Positions 17,387-26,698 of a stretch of 64,000 nt of DNA are shown here, in pieces; position 1 is the first letter of the stretch; every line of letters starts with the position of its first letter. Source of the DNA: Verrucomicrobiota bacterium (GTDB lineage: Bacteria; Verrucomicrobiota; Verrucomicrobiia; Chthoniobacterales; UBA6821). Below the pieces are notes generated by a model. The model had not been told where the DNA came from and made no database searches. It was given only the letters and a program-made list of their open reading frames with translations. A program made the translations under genes and the position numbers. The stretch is taken from NCBI GenBank assembly GCA_037127835.1, contig JBAXXS010000001.1, positions 5,275 through 69,274 on the forward strand. Direction: 5' to 3'.

Positions 17387-18975
17387 TCAATCATCCAATG
17401 TTTCGTTTCCTGAAAAAACAGAGGCTCGCCGCCCGGGGGATGAGTTGCGGGAAGTCACGTCTTGCCAGCAGGGAGACTATGTTCGGCATGCTTGAGGAAG
17501 GGCGTCTACTTCGTTTTGGGATAGTCTTTGCGGCAGCAGGAATCCTTGCCCTGTTCTGCCTGGCGGGAGATGCGCACGATCCGCTCAAGCATCTACTATA
17601 CGCTCTCCTTGTGCTTTCCCTTGCCGTTGTCCAACCGGTGGTCAGCGGTGATTCGGCACTAAAGAAAAACTCTTCACTTGCCCTTTTTCTGGGGGTTATC
17701 CTGTTGCAGGTCGGGATCGGTGAGTTTCTGCAAGGCCAGGCAATCGAGGGACGTCTGGATGATCGCCTTGTGGTGCTGATGCTTCCCTATGCGTTTGCAC
17801 CCTTAATTCTTTCCGTGCTGATGGGGCCCCAGATCGGACTTTCGGCATGTCTGGTCGGCGCGCTCTGGTGGTCGGTCCTTCATGTCACGAGAGACCCCGT
17901 GGTGCTTCTGCTGGCCATCACCGGTGGTCTTGTAGCCGTTCTTTCCACCCTTCGGGTACGCCGCCGCTCGAGGCTTCTGAGGGCAGGTTTTTACTCAGGC
18001 ATCGCCGTCTGGATCCTGGCAGTCCTTTCCGGCCTGATCGGTCCGGTCCTTTGGGATAGCCTCACCTCCACGGACTGGTGGAGTCTTGCCATCGAAAGCG
18101 CTCTTGCCGTGGGCACGGGGATTCTTACTGCAGTTTTTGTCAGCGGTTTCCTTCCGATGATCGAGAAACTTTTCGGGATCACGACAGAGATTTCCTGGCT
18201 TGAGATGGCGGACCTCAATCATCCCCTGCTTCGAAGACTTAGCCTCGAGGCACCCGGCACCTATCATCACTCGCTTGCGATGGCTAATCTTGCGGAGGCT
18301 TGCGCCGAGAAAGTTGGTGCCAGTGCCACACTCTGCAGGGTTTCCGCCTACTTCCATGACATTGGCAAGCTGGTGAAGCCTGAGTACTTCACAGAAAACA
18401 TGCCGTCCGGAGAGAATCTCCATGATGAATTAACACCCACCATGAGCGCTTTGGTCATCCTTTCCCATGTCAAGGAGGGCGTCGATCTGGCTGTTCGTAA
18501 CAAACTAAATCGCCGCGTGATCGATATGATCAAACAGCACCACGGCACGACCGTTGTGGAGTATTTCTACCAGCGTGCGTGTCAACAGGAGAAGGATGCC
18601 CGTGCTGGCGGCTCCCTTATGAATGTCCGTCCCGAGGACATTCCGAAAGTCAGCGAGGAGAGCTACCGTTATCCCGGCCCCAAGCCTCAGACCGTTGAAG
18701 CTGTTATCATGGGCCTAGCCGATGCCGCCGAGAGCGCCTCACGAAGTCTGGAGCGACCCACTCCTCAGCGACTGGACGACCTCGTCCATGACCTCCTTAA
18801 GGACCGGATCGATGATGGACAGTATGACGAGGCTCCTGTCACGGTTTGCCAGCTTCAGGAGATTGCCTCCTCCCTGGTCTCCAGTCTCAGTAGCATGTAC
18901 CACAGCAGGATCGCCTATGGACGGAGGAATGATGACAAGCCTCTTACAGGCAAGGACTTATCAAGATTGGCGTGA
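17383..18975 (+). CDS. 7TM-receptor-type HD-domain phosphohydrolase (YqfF/PgpH-like)
   Basis: A multi-TM N-terminal half precedes an HD domain (HHSLAMANLAEACAEK, AYFHDIGK, ILSHVKEG, QHHG). The TTG at 17383 overlaps the phoH stop, and ATG at 17398 is an alternative start. Confidence 0.85.
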   Translation: MINHPMFRFLKKQRLAARGMSCGKSRLASRETMFGMLEEGRLLRFGIVFAAAGILALFCLAGDAHDPLKHLLYALLVLSLAVVQPVVSGDSALKKNSSLALFLGVILLQVGIGEFLQGQAIEGRLDDRLVVLMLPYAFAPLILSVLMGPQIGLSACLVGALWWSVLHVTRDPVVLLLAITGGLVAVLSTLRVRRRSRLLRAGFYSGIAVWILAVLSGLIGPVLWDSLTSTDWWSLAIESALAVGTGILTAVFVSGFLPMIEKLFGITTEISWLEMADLNHPLLRRLSLEAPGTYHHSLAMANLAEACAEKVGASATLCRVSAYFHDIGKLVKPEYFTENMPSGENLHDELTPTMSALVILSHVKEGVDLAVRNKLNRRVIDMIKQHHGTTVVEYFYQRACQQEKDARAGGSLMNVRPEDIPKVSEESYRYPGPKPQTVEAVIMGLADAAESASRSLERPTPQRLDDLVHDLLKDRIDDGQYDEAPVTVCQLQEIASSLVSSLSSMYHSRIAYGRRNDDKPLTGKDLSRLA

Positions 18976-20187
18976 TTCTGAAGACTTAATTAAGAAGGTG
19001 AGCCCGGCGCCCAGGATCAGAAGCAATCCGGCTGTGATAAAGCTGGAATCAAAGCTTCCACTGCTTGCCTTGAGCATCTGCTGAAGCCTGCTGAGGGCGA
19101 ATCCTCCCACACCCCATGCGGTAAAGAGGCAGCCGTAGTTCATTCCGAAGTTCTTGAGTCCCCAGAGGTCCTTAGCGAGGGATGGAAAGATCGAGAGATT
19201 AGCGCCGTAGTTGAAGCCGATGAATGTGGCCACCAGCACGATAAGATACTTGGCCCCTCCCGTAGAGGAGGTGATAGGCATTGCAGCAAACATCAGGGCG
19301 GCTTGGATCAGTAGGACAAGCATGAGGGTCCAGCGTCTTCCGATCTTGTCGGAGAGGATTCCTGCCACGATGCGTCCGCTCGCATTGCCAATCGCCATGA
19401 CGGCCACCGCGATAAAGGCTGACTCTCCCATGGACTTCTTGGCCATGCCGCTGATGCTGCTGATGACCATGAGTCCCGCTCCGGCTCCGATGAAGTAGAG
19501 CACCCAGAGAAGCCAGAACGCAGGGGTTCTGATGATCTGTAAGGGTGAGAGATCATGAGAGGGCAAGGCCATCGATCTTCCCGTGCTGCGGCTTGCCGCA
19601 TGAGAGTAACCAGCAGGAGGGTTTACCAGCAACTGTGACAGGCCGCAGACGATGACAGCGAAGACGACACCAAAGAAAAGCATCGATTGAAGTAGCCCGA
19701 AGTGTCGCAGCAGGAAGTCGGAAGCCGGAGCAAGATAGAGCGGGGCGAGGCCGAAGCCAGCAACGACAATGCCCGCGATAAGTCCGGTTTTGGAGGGAGG
19801 GAACCATTTCAACGCAGGGGGTGTGGCTGAGGAATAACCGAAGCCGATGCCGATACCCGCGAGCACCCCGAAGCCTATCACCCAGATGCCGTAGTTGTTG
19901 GTAGTGGAGATCAGCGCGAAACCCGCGGCGACAAGTAGACCGCCGATGGTAGCCGTAACCCTGGGGCCGAACTTATCCTGGCATCTACCGGCCAGGATCA
20001 TCGAAAAGGCAAAGACCAGACAGCAGAGGGCGTAAGGGTCGTTGAGTTGGGAGCCCTTCCAACCGAAATCCTTTTCAATGGCTCCCTTGAACATACTCCA
20101 CGTGTAGAGCACTCCGAGGGCGAGGTTGATACCGAGTCCTGCAAGCGCAACGCGCCAGCCTTTGTTAAACTGAGTGGGGGATGTCAT
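18961..20187 (-). CDS. MFS transporter (oxalate/formate antiporter-like)
   Basis: 408 aa with about 12 TM segments and an MFS loop motif (GRCQDKFGPR / LSDKIGRR). It overlaps the 3' end of the HD-hydrolase gene convergently by 15 nt. Confidence 0.85.
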   Translation of the reverse strand: MTSPTQFNKGWRVALAGLGINLALGVLYTWSMFKGAIEKDFGWKGSQLNDPYALCCLVFAFSMILAGRCQDKFGPRVTATIGGLLVAAGFALISTTNNYGIWVIGFGVLAGIGIGFGYSSATPPALKWFPPSKTGLIAGIVVAGFGLAPLYLAPASDFLLRHFGLLQSMLFFGVVFAVIVCGLSQLLVNPPAGYSHAASRSTGRSMALPSHDLSPLQIIRTPAFWLLWVLYFIGAGAGLMVISSISGMAKKSMGESAFIAVAVMAIGNASGRIVAGILSDKIGRRWTLMLVLLIQAALMFAAMPITSSTGGAKYLIVLVATFIGFNYGANLSIFPSLAKDLWGLKNFGMNYGCLFTAWGVGGFALSRLQQMLKASSGSFDSSFITAGLLLILGAGLTFLIKSSESRQS

Positions 20188-20290
20188 TGGAAAAGGATGA
20201 AGTATGGATAATGAATGATGAAAGTGGGAAAATCACGGGCCTGAGATCCAAGGATTCTCCTCCGTTCAACATCTACCTTTCAAAGGTGTT

Positions 20291-21400
20291 TTATAGCGTG
20301 ACCCCGAATCGCTCCCCTTTGCTGCAATCAAGGGCAAAGGCGGCAAGGAGTTCGGCGGTTTGCTTGAGGTCCGAATATTGGATCATCTCCACCGGAGAAT
20401 GCATGTAGCGGTTTGGAACGCCTATAGAGACTGTTGGGATGCCTCCCTTCTGCTTGAAGATCGCGTCAGCATCGGTGCCACTCCACCGTGGGTTCACCTC
20501 TACTTGGAGTGGGATTTTTGAGTTTTCCCCCACCTTACGAAGACGTGCGTTCACGACGGGATGATTCACGCTTCCAAGACTGATCACGGGCCCTTTACCC
20601 ATCATGACCTCCCCGTGCTTTGTCTTGGAGCAATTGGGAATGTCGGTGGCATGAGTCACATCAACCACGAGAGCTACATCGGGATGGACGGTGTAGCCTG
20701 CCATGGAGGCTCCGTAGAGACCGTTCTCCTCTTGGATTGTAGAAACAGCCACAAGCTTCGCCTGGAGTTTTTTCTTGTTCAGGGAGGCAATACGTAAACC
20801 TTCGGCCGCAGCCCAAGCGCCGATCCTGTTGTCGCAACCACGTGCGGCGAAGCGTCCTCCCGCCAATTCCTGGAATTCCGCCGAGTAGGTGACAGCATCG
20901 CCGATGGAGACCAGTTTCTCAGCCTCTTTCCGTGAGGAGGCGCCGATGTCGATGTGCATGGCGTGTATTTCGGGAACCTTATTGCGGTCATCGGGCTCTT
21001 GAAGATGAATAGCGAGAAGTCCGGTGACTCCTGGCACAGAGCCTCTTGCGCCATGAACCGTGACGCGTTGGCCACGGATCAGTCCTTTATCCACCCCCCC
21101 GATGCCCTTGAAGTAGAGAAACCCTTCCTCCGAGATGTGCGAGACCATCAGCCCCAGTTCATCGACATGGCCACTGATTAGGATCGTAGGATCTCCCTTC
21201 CCGGCGGCTGGATTTAGCGTTGCGTAGGCATTGCCGTAGGAATCGATCTCCACCGAATCGGCAAACTGGCTCACATAATCTACCCAGGCCTTCTGCCCTT
21301 TGGTTTCGAAACCCGAGGGGGAGGGGGTATTAAGCAGTTTTTTGAGAAATACGTAGGGCGCGCCGAGGGATTCGGAAAAGGTTTTTGTAGAGGATTTCAT
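20291..21400 (-). CDS. M42-family glutamyl aminopeptidase / endoglucanase-like peptidase
   Basis: It carries TPSPSGFE, ISGHVDELG, FAARGCDNRIG and STIQEENGLYGA (metal ligands typical of M42). ATG at 21400 is preferred over the ORF-track start at 21493. Confidence 0.85.
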   Translation of the reverse strand: MKSSTKTFSESLGAPYVFLKKLLNTPSPSGFETKGQKAWVDYVSQFADSVEIDSYGNAYATLNPAAGKGDPTILISGHVDELGLMVSHISEEGFLYFKGIGGVDKGLIRGQRVTVHGARGSVPGVTGLLAIHLQEPDDRNKVPEIHAMHIDIGASSRKEAEKLVSIGDAVTYSAEFQELAGGRFAARGCDNRIGAWAAAEGLRIASLNKKKLQAKLVAVSTIQEENGLYGASMAGYTVHPDVALVVDVTHATDIPNCSKTKHGEVMMGKGPVISLGSVNHPVVNARLRKVGENSKIPLQVEVNPRWSGTDADAIFKQKGGIPTVSIGVPNRYMHSPVEMIQYSDLKQTAELLAAFALDCSKGERFGVTL

Positions 21401-21566
21401 AGAGTAAGTCTGAAGATTCTCGGACGATGGCTGAAGAAAAATCGACCCGAAATAGATGTCCGCCAAATAAAAGCCAGGAATCCTGCGGATCAAGTGAAGG
21501 GCAAAAAGAACCCAAGAGGTCTTTTTTCTCGTTCAAGATGTTTGTTGCAGGCAATGATTCTTTCTT

Positions 21567-22358
21567 ATGTCAATTCGCGCCCTTCTTTTTGATCTGGATG
21601 ATACGCTGGCAGTCGACGAGGCGGTCTCTCACGAAACCTTTGCCCATGTCGCGGCTGTGGCCTCCGCTCGTTTCGAAGCCGAACCCACACGTTTTGCCAC
21701 CGACTCCATGGAGATTGCGCGCTCTCTCTGGGCTAAGGGTGAGTGTCGTCCTTTCTGTCGCTCTATTGGGATTAGCGCCTTTGAGTGTCTCTGGGGAGGC
21801 TTCGCCGGCGATTCCCCAGAGCTGACGGCGTTGAGGGATTGGGCGACCGCTTACCGTGTCGAAGTCTTTGCTAAGTCACTCGTCGCCCAAGGAAGGAATG
21901 CCTCGGAGGATGCCGCCGTGATGCTTTCCCTGGAATTTGCTACCACCCGCCGAGCCCGTCAGCGGTTGCTGCCGGGTGCTAGGGAGCTGATGGCTGAGCT
22001 CGCTACTTCCTACAAGCTCGCCCTCCTGACCAATGGCGCGCCCGATTTGCAGCGTGAGAAGATCACGGCCTCGGGGCTGGAATCCTTTTTTCAGGCCATC
22101 GCAGTCTCCGGCGAGCATGGCATTGGAAAGCCCAAGCCCGAAATTTTCCATCGCCTGCTTGCTGAACTCGGGGTTTCAGCCGACGAGGCTGTAATGGTCG
22201 GCAATAGCCTGGAGCGCGACATTGCAGGATCCCGGAACGCGGGCATCCGCTCGATTTGGATCCGGGTTCCCGGTTCCGAGGAGCAGGCGGAGGTCACTCC
22301 GGACCACACCATCACGAACCTTGCGGAAATTCCGGGAATTTTAAAAGAACTCGTCTAA
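21567..22358 (+). CDS. HAD-superfamily hydrolase
   Basis: Motif I is LLFDLDDTL, with later LLTNG and a terminal MVGNSLERDIAGSRNAG. Confidence 0.8.
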   Translation: MSIRALLFDLDDTLAVDEAVSHETFAHVAAVASARFEAEPTRFATDSMEIARSLWAKGECRPFCRSIGISAFECLWGGFAGDSPELTALRDWATAYRVEVFAKSLVAQGRNASEDAAVMLSLEFATTRRARQRLLPGARELMAELATSYKLALLTNGAPDLQREKITASGLESFFQAIAVSGEHGIGKPKPEIFHRLLAELGVSADEAVMVGNSLERDIAGSRNAGIRSIWIRVPGSEEQAEVTPDHTITNLAEIPGILKELV

Positions 22359-22497
22359 CCATTCCTTAGACATTTGAGAAATAGCGACTTGACCATAGTA
22401 CCCCCCTCCCTCATCTAATGGCGGGCTCTTGTCATCACCTAGGTGTCTCTCTCTTTTGATTTTCCATAATTCATCCCCAATCGATCACTAACGATTC

Positions 22498-24909
22498 ATG
22501 AAGTCCCTTCGTTTTTTCTGGTTTGCACGACTTGCGGTTGCGGCTGTTTTGGTGTTTTGGCCGGGAGCGCGTTTGGATGCCCAAGTTCCCGGTCAAGCTC
22601 CGCTGATTCAGGAGATCAATGTCCAGTTCGTCGGCCCGACCACGCTCAGTAAGCAACGTGTCCTAGACAATCTGGCGACCAAGCCGGGGGCGCCTTATAA
22701 TGACCGTCTTGTCGAGGAGGATATCAAGTCTCTCTATGCCACGGGACAGGTCTCCAATGCCCGTATTTTCGCAGAACCAATCACCGGAGGACTAAAGGTG
22801 ACCGTCCTACTCCAGGGGCGGGCTACCGTGGGCGAGGTGATTATTGAGGGGGCGGATGCCATACCCAACTCCAAGATCCGCAAGGAAATCGCAACCAAGC
22901 CGGGCGAACCCCTCAGTGACGAGCGGCTCAACGATGACCGCCAGAAGATCCTCAAGCTTTACGAGGACAAGAATTACACCGACGTGAAGGTCGACACAAA
23001 GTCCACGGAGCTTCCCGACAAGAAGATGAAGGTCGCCTTCTTGATCAACGAAGGGCCGAAGCTCGTCATTCGCCGTATCTCCTTCACTGGAAATGATTCG
23101 GTACTTCCAAAGGATCTGATGAAGGTTATGAAGACTAAGACGGCCAACCTGCTTTCCTTTCTGACCAAGGCGGGTCGCCTTACTCCATTTCAGATGGACG
23201 AAGACAAGGAAGCGATTCGCACACTTTACCAGAGTAAGGGATTTGCAGACATGCGTGTTTCTGATGTCCAGACTACGCCGCTGCCGAACGGCAAGGGTGT
23301 CGATCTGGTGATTTCCATATCCGAGGGAACGCAGTACCGGGTAAACAAGCTCGATATCGACGGTGCCACTATCGTGGCTCCTGTTGATCTGGTGCGCTAC
23401 CTCAAGATGAGGACCGGATCCCTCTACACGCCGGATGGTATGGGTGCTGATCTGAAGAAAATCCGCGATTACTACGGTTCACGAGGCTATGTCGACATGG
23501 TCGCCCAACCGCAGATCACACCTGCTGGACAAGGACAGATCGATCTCACGTATCGCATAGATGAAGGAGTTCAGTCGTACGTAAATCTGATCAATGTTCA
23601 GGGCAATACGAAGACCAAGGACAAAGTCATCCGCCGCGAATTGGCCGTCCAACCCGGAGGGATCTTCGACACCACGCTGGTCGACGTCAGCAAGACTCGG
23701 TTGATGAATCTCAATTACTTTTCGAAAGTCGACACAGTCCCTGTCGACACCTTGGTTCCAGGTCGCAAGGATCTCGACGTCATCGTCGATGAGAAAAAGA
23801 CCGGATCCTTCAATTTCGGAGCCGGCTTCAGCTCCATCGATAGTTTGGTTGGATTTGCCGAAATGCAGCAGTCCAACTTCGACCTCTTCAACTGGCCCAA
23901 CTTCACCGGTGCCGGGCAGCGGTTCCGTATCCGCGGACAATACGGTCTGCAGCGTCAGGATTTCACCATGTCACTCACCGAGCCATGGTTCATGGGATAC
24001 AAGGTCTCCGTGGGCGGCGAGTTCTACTACCACGCCGCAACCTTCCTGAGTCCTGTCTACAGCCAGTCCAACCTCGGCGGAGCACTTCAAGCCCGCAAGG
24101 CACTGACTCCCTTCACTGCGCTGCGGGGAGAATACCGACTTGAGAATATTAACATAAACAATTTAACAGGCAATTACGGAAACGGTCAGGGGGTGACTCC
24201 GCAACAGCAGCAACAGGGAGCCATTCAGAATGCCGCCAACAACTCCCCCTACACCAAGAGTTGCATCTTACTCGGGATTGATTTTGATAACCGCGACAGT
24301 CTCTTCCTTACCCGCAAGGGGCAGTCGATTAACTTGACCGGATTCGTGGCTGGAGGGGGGCTTGGCGGAACGGTACAGGATTACGGTATCTCGCTCGATG
24401 CCAAGAAATATTTTTCCCTTCCGTGGGACATGATTCTCCTGACAAAGGGTTCCGTGGGTGTGGTGAATACTTGGGGAAGTGGAACTCAGGGGACAAATAC
24501 TCCACCGATCTTCGACGAACTCTACCTTGGTGGTGCCAATGACATGCGCGGCTTCGTCTTCAGGGGTGTTGGTCCCAAGGATTTTTACGGAAATCCTGTC
24601 GGTGGCAGCACCTCGGTCTATGGAACCGCAGAGTTGACCTTTCCGATCATCCCGCGTCTTCGAGGAGCGATCTTTACAGATTGGGGTTATGTAAACGCCA
24701 ATGCGTGGGATATCAACCCACAGTCCGTTACCACCGCTGCAAATGGGCAATCTTATACTTCCGGCGGGCTCAACGGCGACGTCGGTATCGGAGCCCGCAT
24801 CGAGTTGCCAATCGGCCCCATCCGTGTCGATTGGGGTTATCCTGTCATGACCGACTCCTGGAATAGGACAAGCGGCCAGTTCCAATTTAATGTTGGCTAC
24901 ACCTTCTAG
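22498..24909 (+). CDS. bamA: Outer-membrane protein assembly factor BamA
   Basis: 803 aa. A signal peptide and repeated POTRA-like units are followed by a C-terminal beta-barrel ending ...QFQFNVGYTF with a terminal aromatic residue. Confidence 0.9.
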   Translation: MKSLRFFWFARLAVAAVLVFWPGARLDAQVPGQAPLIQEINVQFVGPTTLSKQRVLDNLATKPGAPYNDRLVEEDIKSLYATGQVSNARIFAEPITGGLKVTVLLQGRATVGEVIIEGADAIPNSKIRKEIATKPGEPLSDERLNDDRQKILKLYEDKNYTDVKVDTKSTELPDKKMKVAFLINEGPKLVIRRISFTGNDSVLPKDLMKVMKTKTANLLSFLTKAGRLTPFQMDEDKEAIRTLYQSKGFADMRVSDVQTTPLPNGKGVDLVISISEGTQYRVNKLDIDGATIVAPVDLVRYLKMRTGSLYTPDGMGADLKKIRDYYGSRGYVDMVAQPQITPAGQGQIDLTYRIDEGVQSYVNLINVQGNTKTKDKVIRRELAVQPGGIFDTTLVDVSKTRLMNLNYFSKVDTVPVDTLVPGRKDLDVIVDEKKTGSFNFGAGFSSIDSLVGFAEMQQSNFDLFNWPNFTGAGQRFRIRGQYGLQRQDFTMSLTEPWFMGYKVSVGGEFYYHAATFLSPVYSQSNLGGALQARKALTPFTALRGEYRLENININNLTGNYGNGQGVTPQQQQQGAIQNAANNSPYTKSCILLGIDFDNRDSLFLTRKGQSINLTGFVAGGGLGGTVQDYGISLDAKKYFSLPWDMILLTKGSVGVVNTWGSGTQGTNTPPIFDELYLGGANDMRGFVFRGVGPKDFYGNPVGGSTSVYGTAELTFPIIPRLRGAIFTDWGYVNANAWDINPQSVTTAANGQSYTSGGLNGDVGIGARIELPIGPIRVDWGYPVMTDSWNRTSGQFQFNVGYTF

Positions 24910-24949
24910 TGTTGGCTATAACTGCAACTCAATTCCCAACTCAATCTAC

Positions 24950-25546
24950 ATGACATCCATCACCCGTATCTTTTTGCTCGCGGCACTTTTCGTTCTTGGT
25001 GGCGCGGGTTTCGCCAACGCACAGGTCAAGTTCGGTACAGTCGACATGAACCGTGTCTTCAGCGAGTATTACAAGACCAAGGATGCTCAGGCCAAGTATG
25101 CCGATGCCGAGAAGGCAGCTAATGACGACCTCAATGGACGCGTGGAAACCCTCAAGGCCAGCATGAAGGATATCAGTCAGCTGAATACCGACATCCAGAA
25201 ACCCGACCTGGCCAAAGATGACGCTGATGCCAAGAAAAAGGATCTGCAAACCAAGGTGGCTGCCGCACGCGCACTCGACAAGGAGATTGCCGACTATCGC
25301 AGCTCCAAGCAGAAGGCTCTTCAGGACCAGTTCCTCCGTATGCGCAAGGACATCGTCGACGACATCATGAAGACCGTGAACGATCTCGTGAAGGCCAAGG
25401 GCTATGACATCGTGTTTGACAAGTCCGGACTGAGCGCTGGTGCCGTGCCTGTTGTTCTCTATTCCCGGGATGATCTTGATTTCAGTCAGGATGTGATCAC
25501 GGCACTGAACAAGAACGCCCCGGCTAAGGCAGCCCCTGCCAAATAA
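24950..25546 (+). CDS. skp: OmpH/Skp-family periplasmic chaperone
   Basis: It has a signal peptide (MTSITRIFLLAALFVLGGAGFANAQ) and starts VKFGTVDMNRVFSEY, followed by a charged coiled coil. It sits between bamA and lpxD. Confidence 0.85.
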   Translation: MTSITRIFLLAALFVLGGAGFANAQVKFGTVDMNRVFSEYYKTKDAQAKYADAEKAANDDLNGRVETLKASMKDISQLNTDIQKPDLAKDDADAKKKDLQTKVAAARALDKEIADYRSSKQKALQDQFLRMRKDIVDDIMKTVNDLVKAKGYDIVFDKSGLSAGAVPVVLYSRDDLDFSQDVITALNKNAPAKAAPAK

Positions 25547-25579
25547 TCCGGCAACCCCGTTGCGTCGCCTCAGTCACCC

Positions 25580-26593
25580 ATGAGACTGCTGGAATTGGCA
25601 GCGCTCGCGGGATTCGAGGCCCCGATGGGTTCGGGCGAGTTGGAAATCACAGGTGTTGCTTCCTTGCAGGAGGCTCGCCCGAGTGACATCACATTCTTCG
25701 GAAATCCCCGTTACCTAGCCCAACTCCGCGTCTGCAAAGCTAGTGCAGTTTTTGTTTCCCAAGAGTTCGGGGAGGAGATCGGACCGGTACTCCTGAAAGT
25801 TGAGAATCCCTCCGCAGCCTTTGCCTCCGTGGTGGCAGCCTTTGCTCCACCCGAAGTGGTGCCTGAACCCGGCATCCATCCATCGGCCGTCGTCTCTTCT
25901 TCAGCAAAATTAGGGGAGCGGGTTTCTGTGGGACCTCAGGTCGTGATAGGAGAGTTGGCCGTGATTGGTTCTGGTTCTGTGATTGGAGCCGGATGCCTCA
26001 TCGGCAGTAAGGTGCATCTCGGTGAGGGATGTCATTTGCATCCCGGAGCGATCATCCGCGAGCGTTGCATTCTGGGCAACCGCGTCATTCTTCAACCGGG
26101 TGCAGTCATCGGATCGTGTGGATTCGGATACGAGTTCAAGGAGGGACGCCATATTAAGATTCCCCAGACCGGCATTGTTGAGATCGGTGATGACGTAGAG
26201 ATCGGGGCCAATACCACTGTCGACCGCGCCCGCTTCGGACGCACCGTCATCGGCGAGGGGAGCAAGATCGATAATCTGGTACAGATTGCCCACAATGTGC
26301 AGATCGGTTCTCACACCATCATCTGCTCCCAAGTCGGGATCTCGGGTAGCACGCGGATCGGGTCCTATGTCACTCTCGCCGGGCAGGTCGGCCTCGCCGG
26401 GCATATCGAAATCGGCGACAAGGCCGTGTTAGGAGCCAAGGCCGGCGTCTCCAAGAACGTCCCTGCGGGCTCGATGTTGATCGGCGCCCCTGCCAAGCCG
26501 ATGAAGGAGTTCAAGCAGACAAACTTCTATATTTCCCAGCTTCACAAACTCTACGACAGGGTTAAGGAGCTCGAAAAGTTGGTGCAAAAGTAA
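25580..26593 (+). CDS. lpxD: UDP-3-O-acylglucosamine N-acyltransferase
   Basis: 337 aa with left-handed beta-helix hexapeptide repeats, IAHNVQIG, and the conserved bamA-skp-lpxD context. Confidence 0.9.
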   Translation: MRLLELAALAGFEAPMGSGELEITGVASLQEARPSDITFFGNPRYLAQLRVCKASAVFVSQEFGEEIGPVLLKVENPSAAFASVVAAFAPPEVVPEPGIHPSAVVSSSAKLGERVSVGPQVVIGELAVIGSGSVIGAGCLIGSKVHLGEGCHLHPGAIIRERCILGNRVILQPGAVIGSCGFGYEFKEGRHIKIPQTGIVEIGDDVEIGANTTVDRARFGRTVIGEGSKIDNLVQIAHNVQIGSHTIICSQVGISGSTRIGSYVTLAGQVGLAGHIEIGDKAVLGAKAGVSKNVPAGSMLIGAPAKPMKEFKQTNFYISQLHKLYDRVKELEKLVQK

Positions 26594-26666
26594 AAGGTGA
26601 AAAAGTGGGAAGGTTTCCCCGATACGCCCAGTGTTATCAGTTGGAACCTTTGACTTTTCCACTTTC
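26594..26666. repeat. Imperfect long-loop inverted repeat, GTGAAAAA/GTGGGAAG-type
   Basis: AAGGTGAAAAAGTGGGAAGGTTTCC (26594-26618) pairs with GGAACCTTTGACTTTTCCACTTTC (26643-26666). About three quarters of positions are complementary, with indels. It starts directly after the lpxD stop. Confidence 0.5.
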
Positions 26667-26698
26667 GTACTTTCCCCCCACTGCTTCGCTCCTATATA

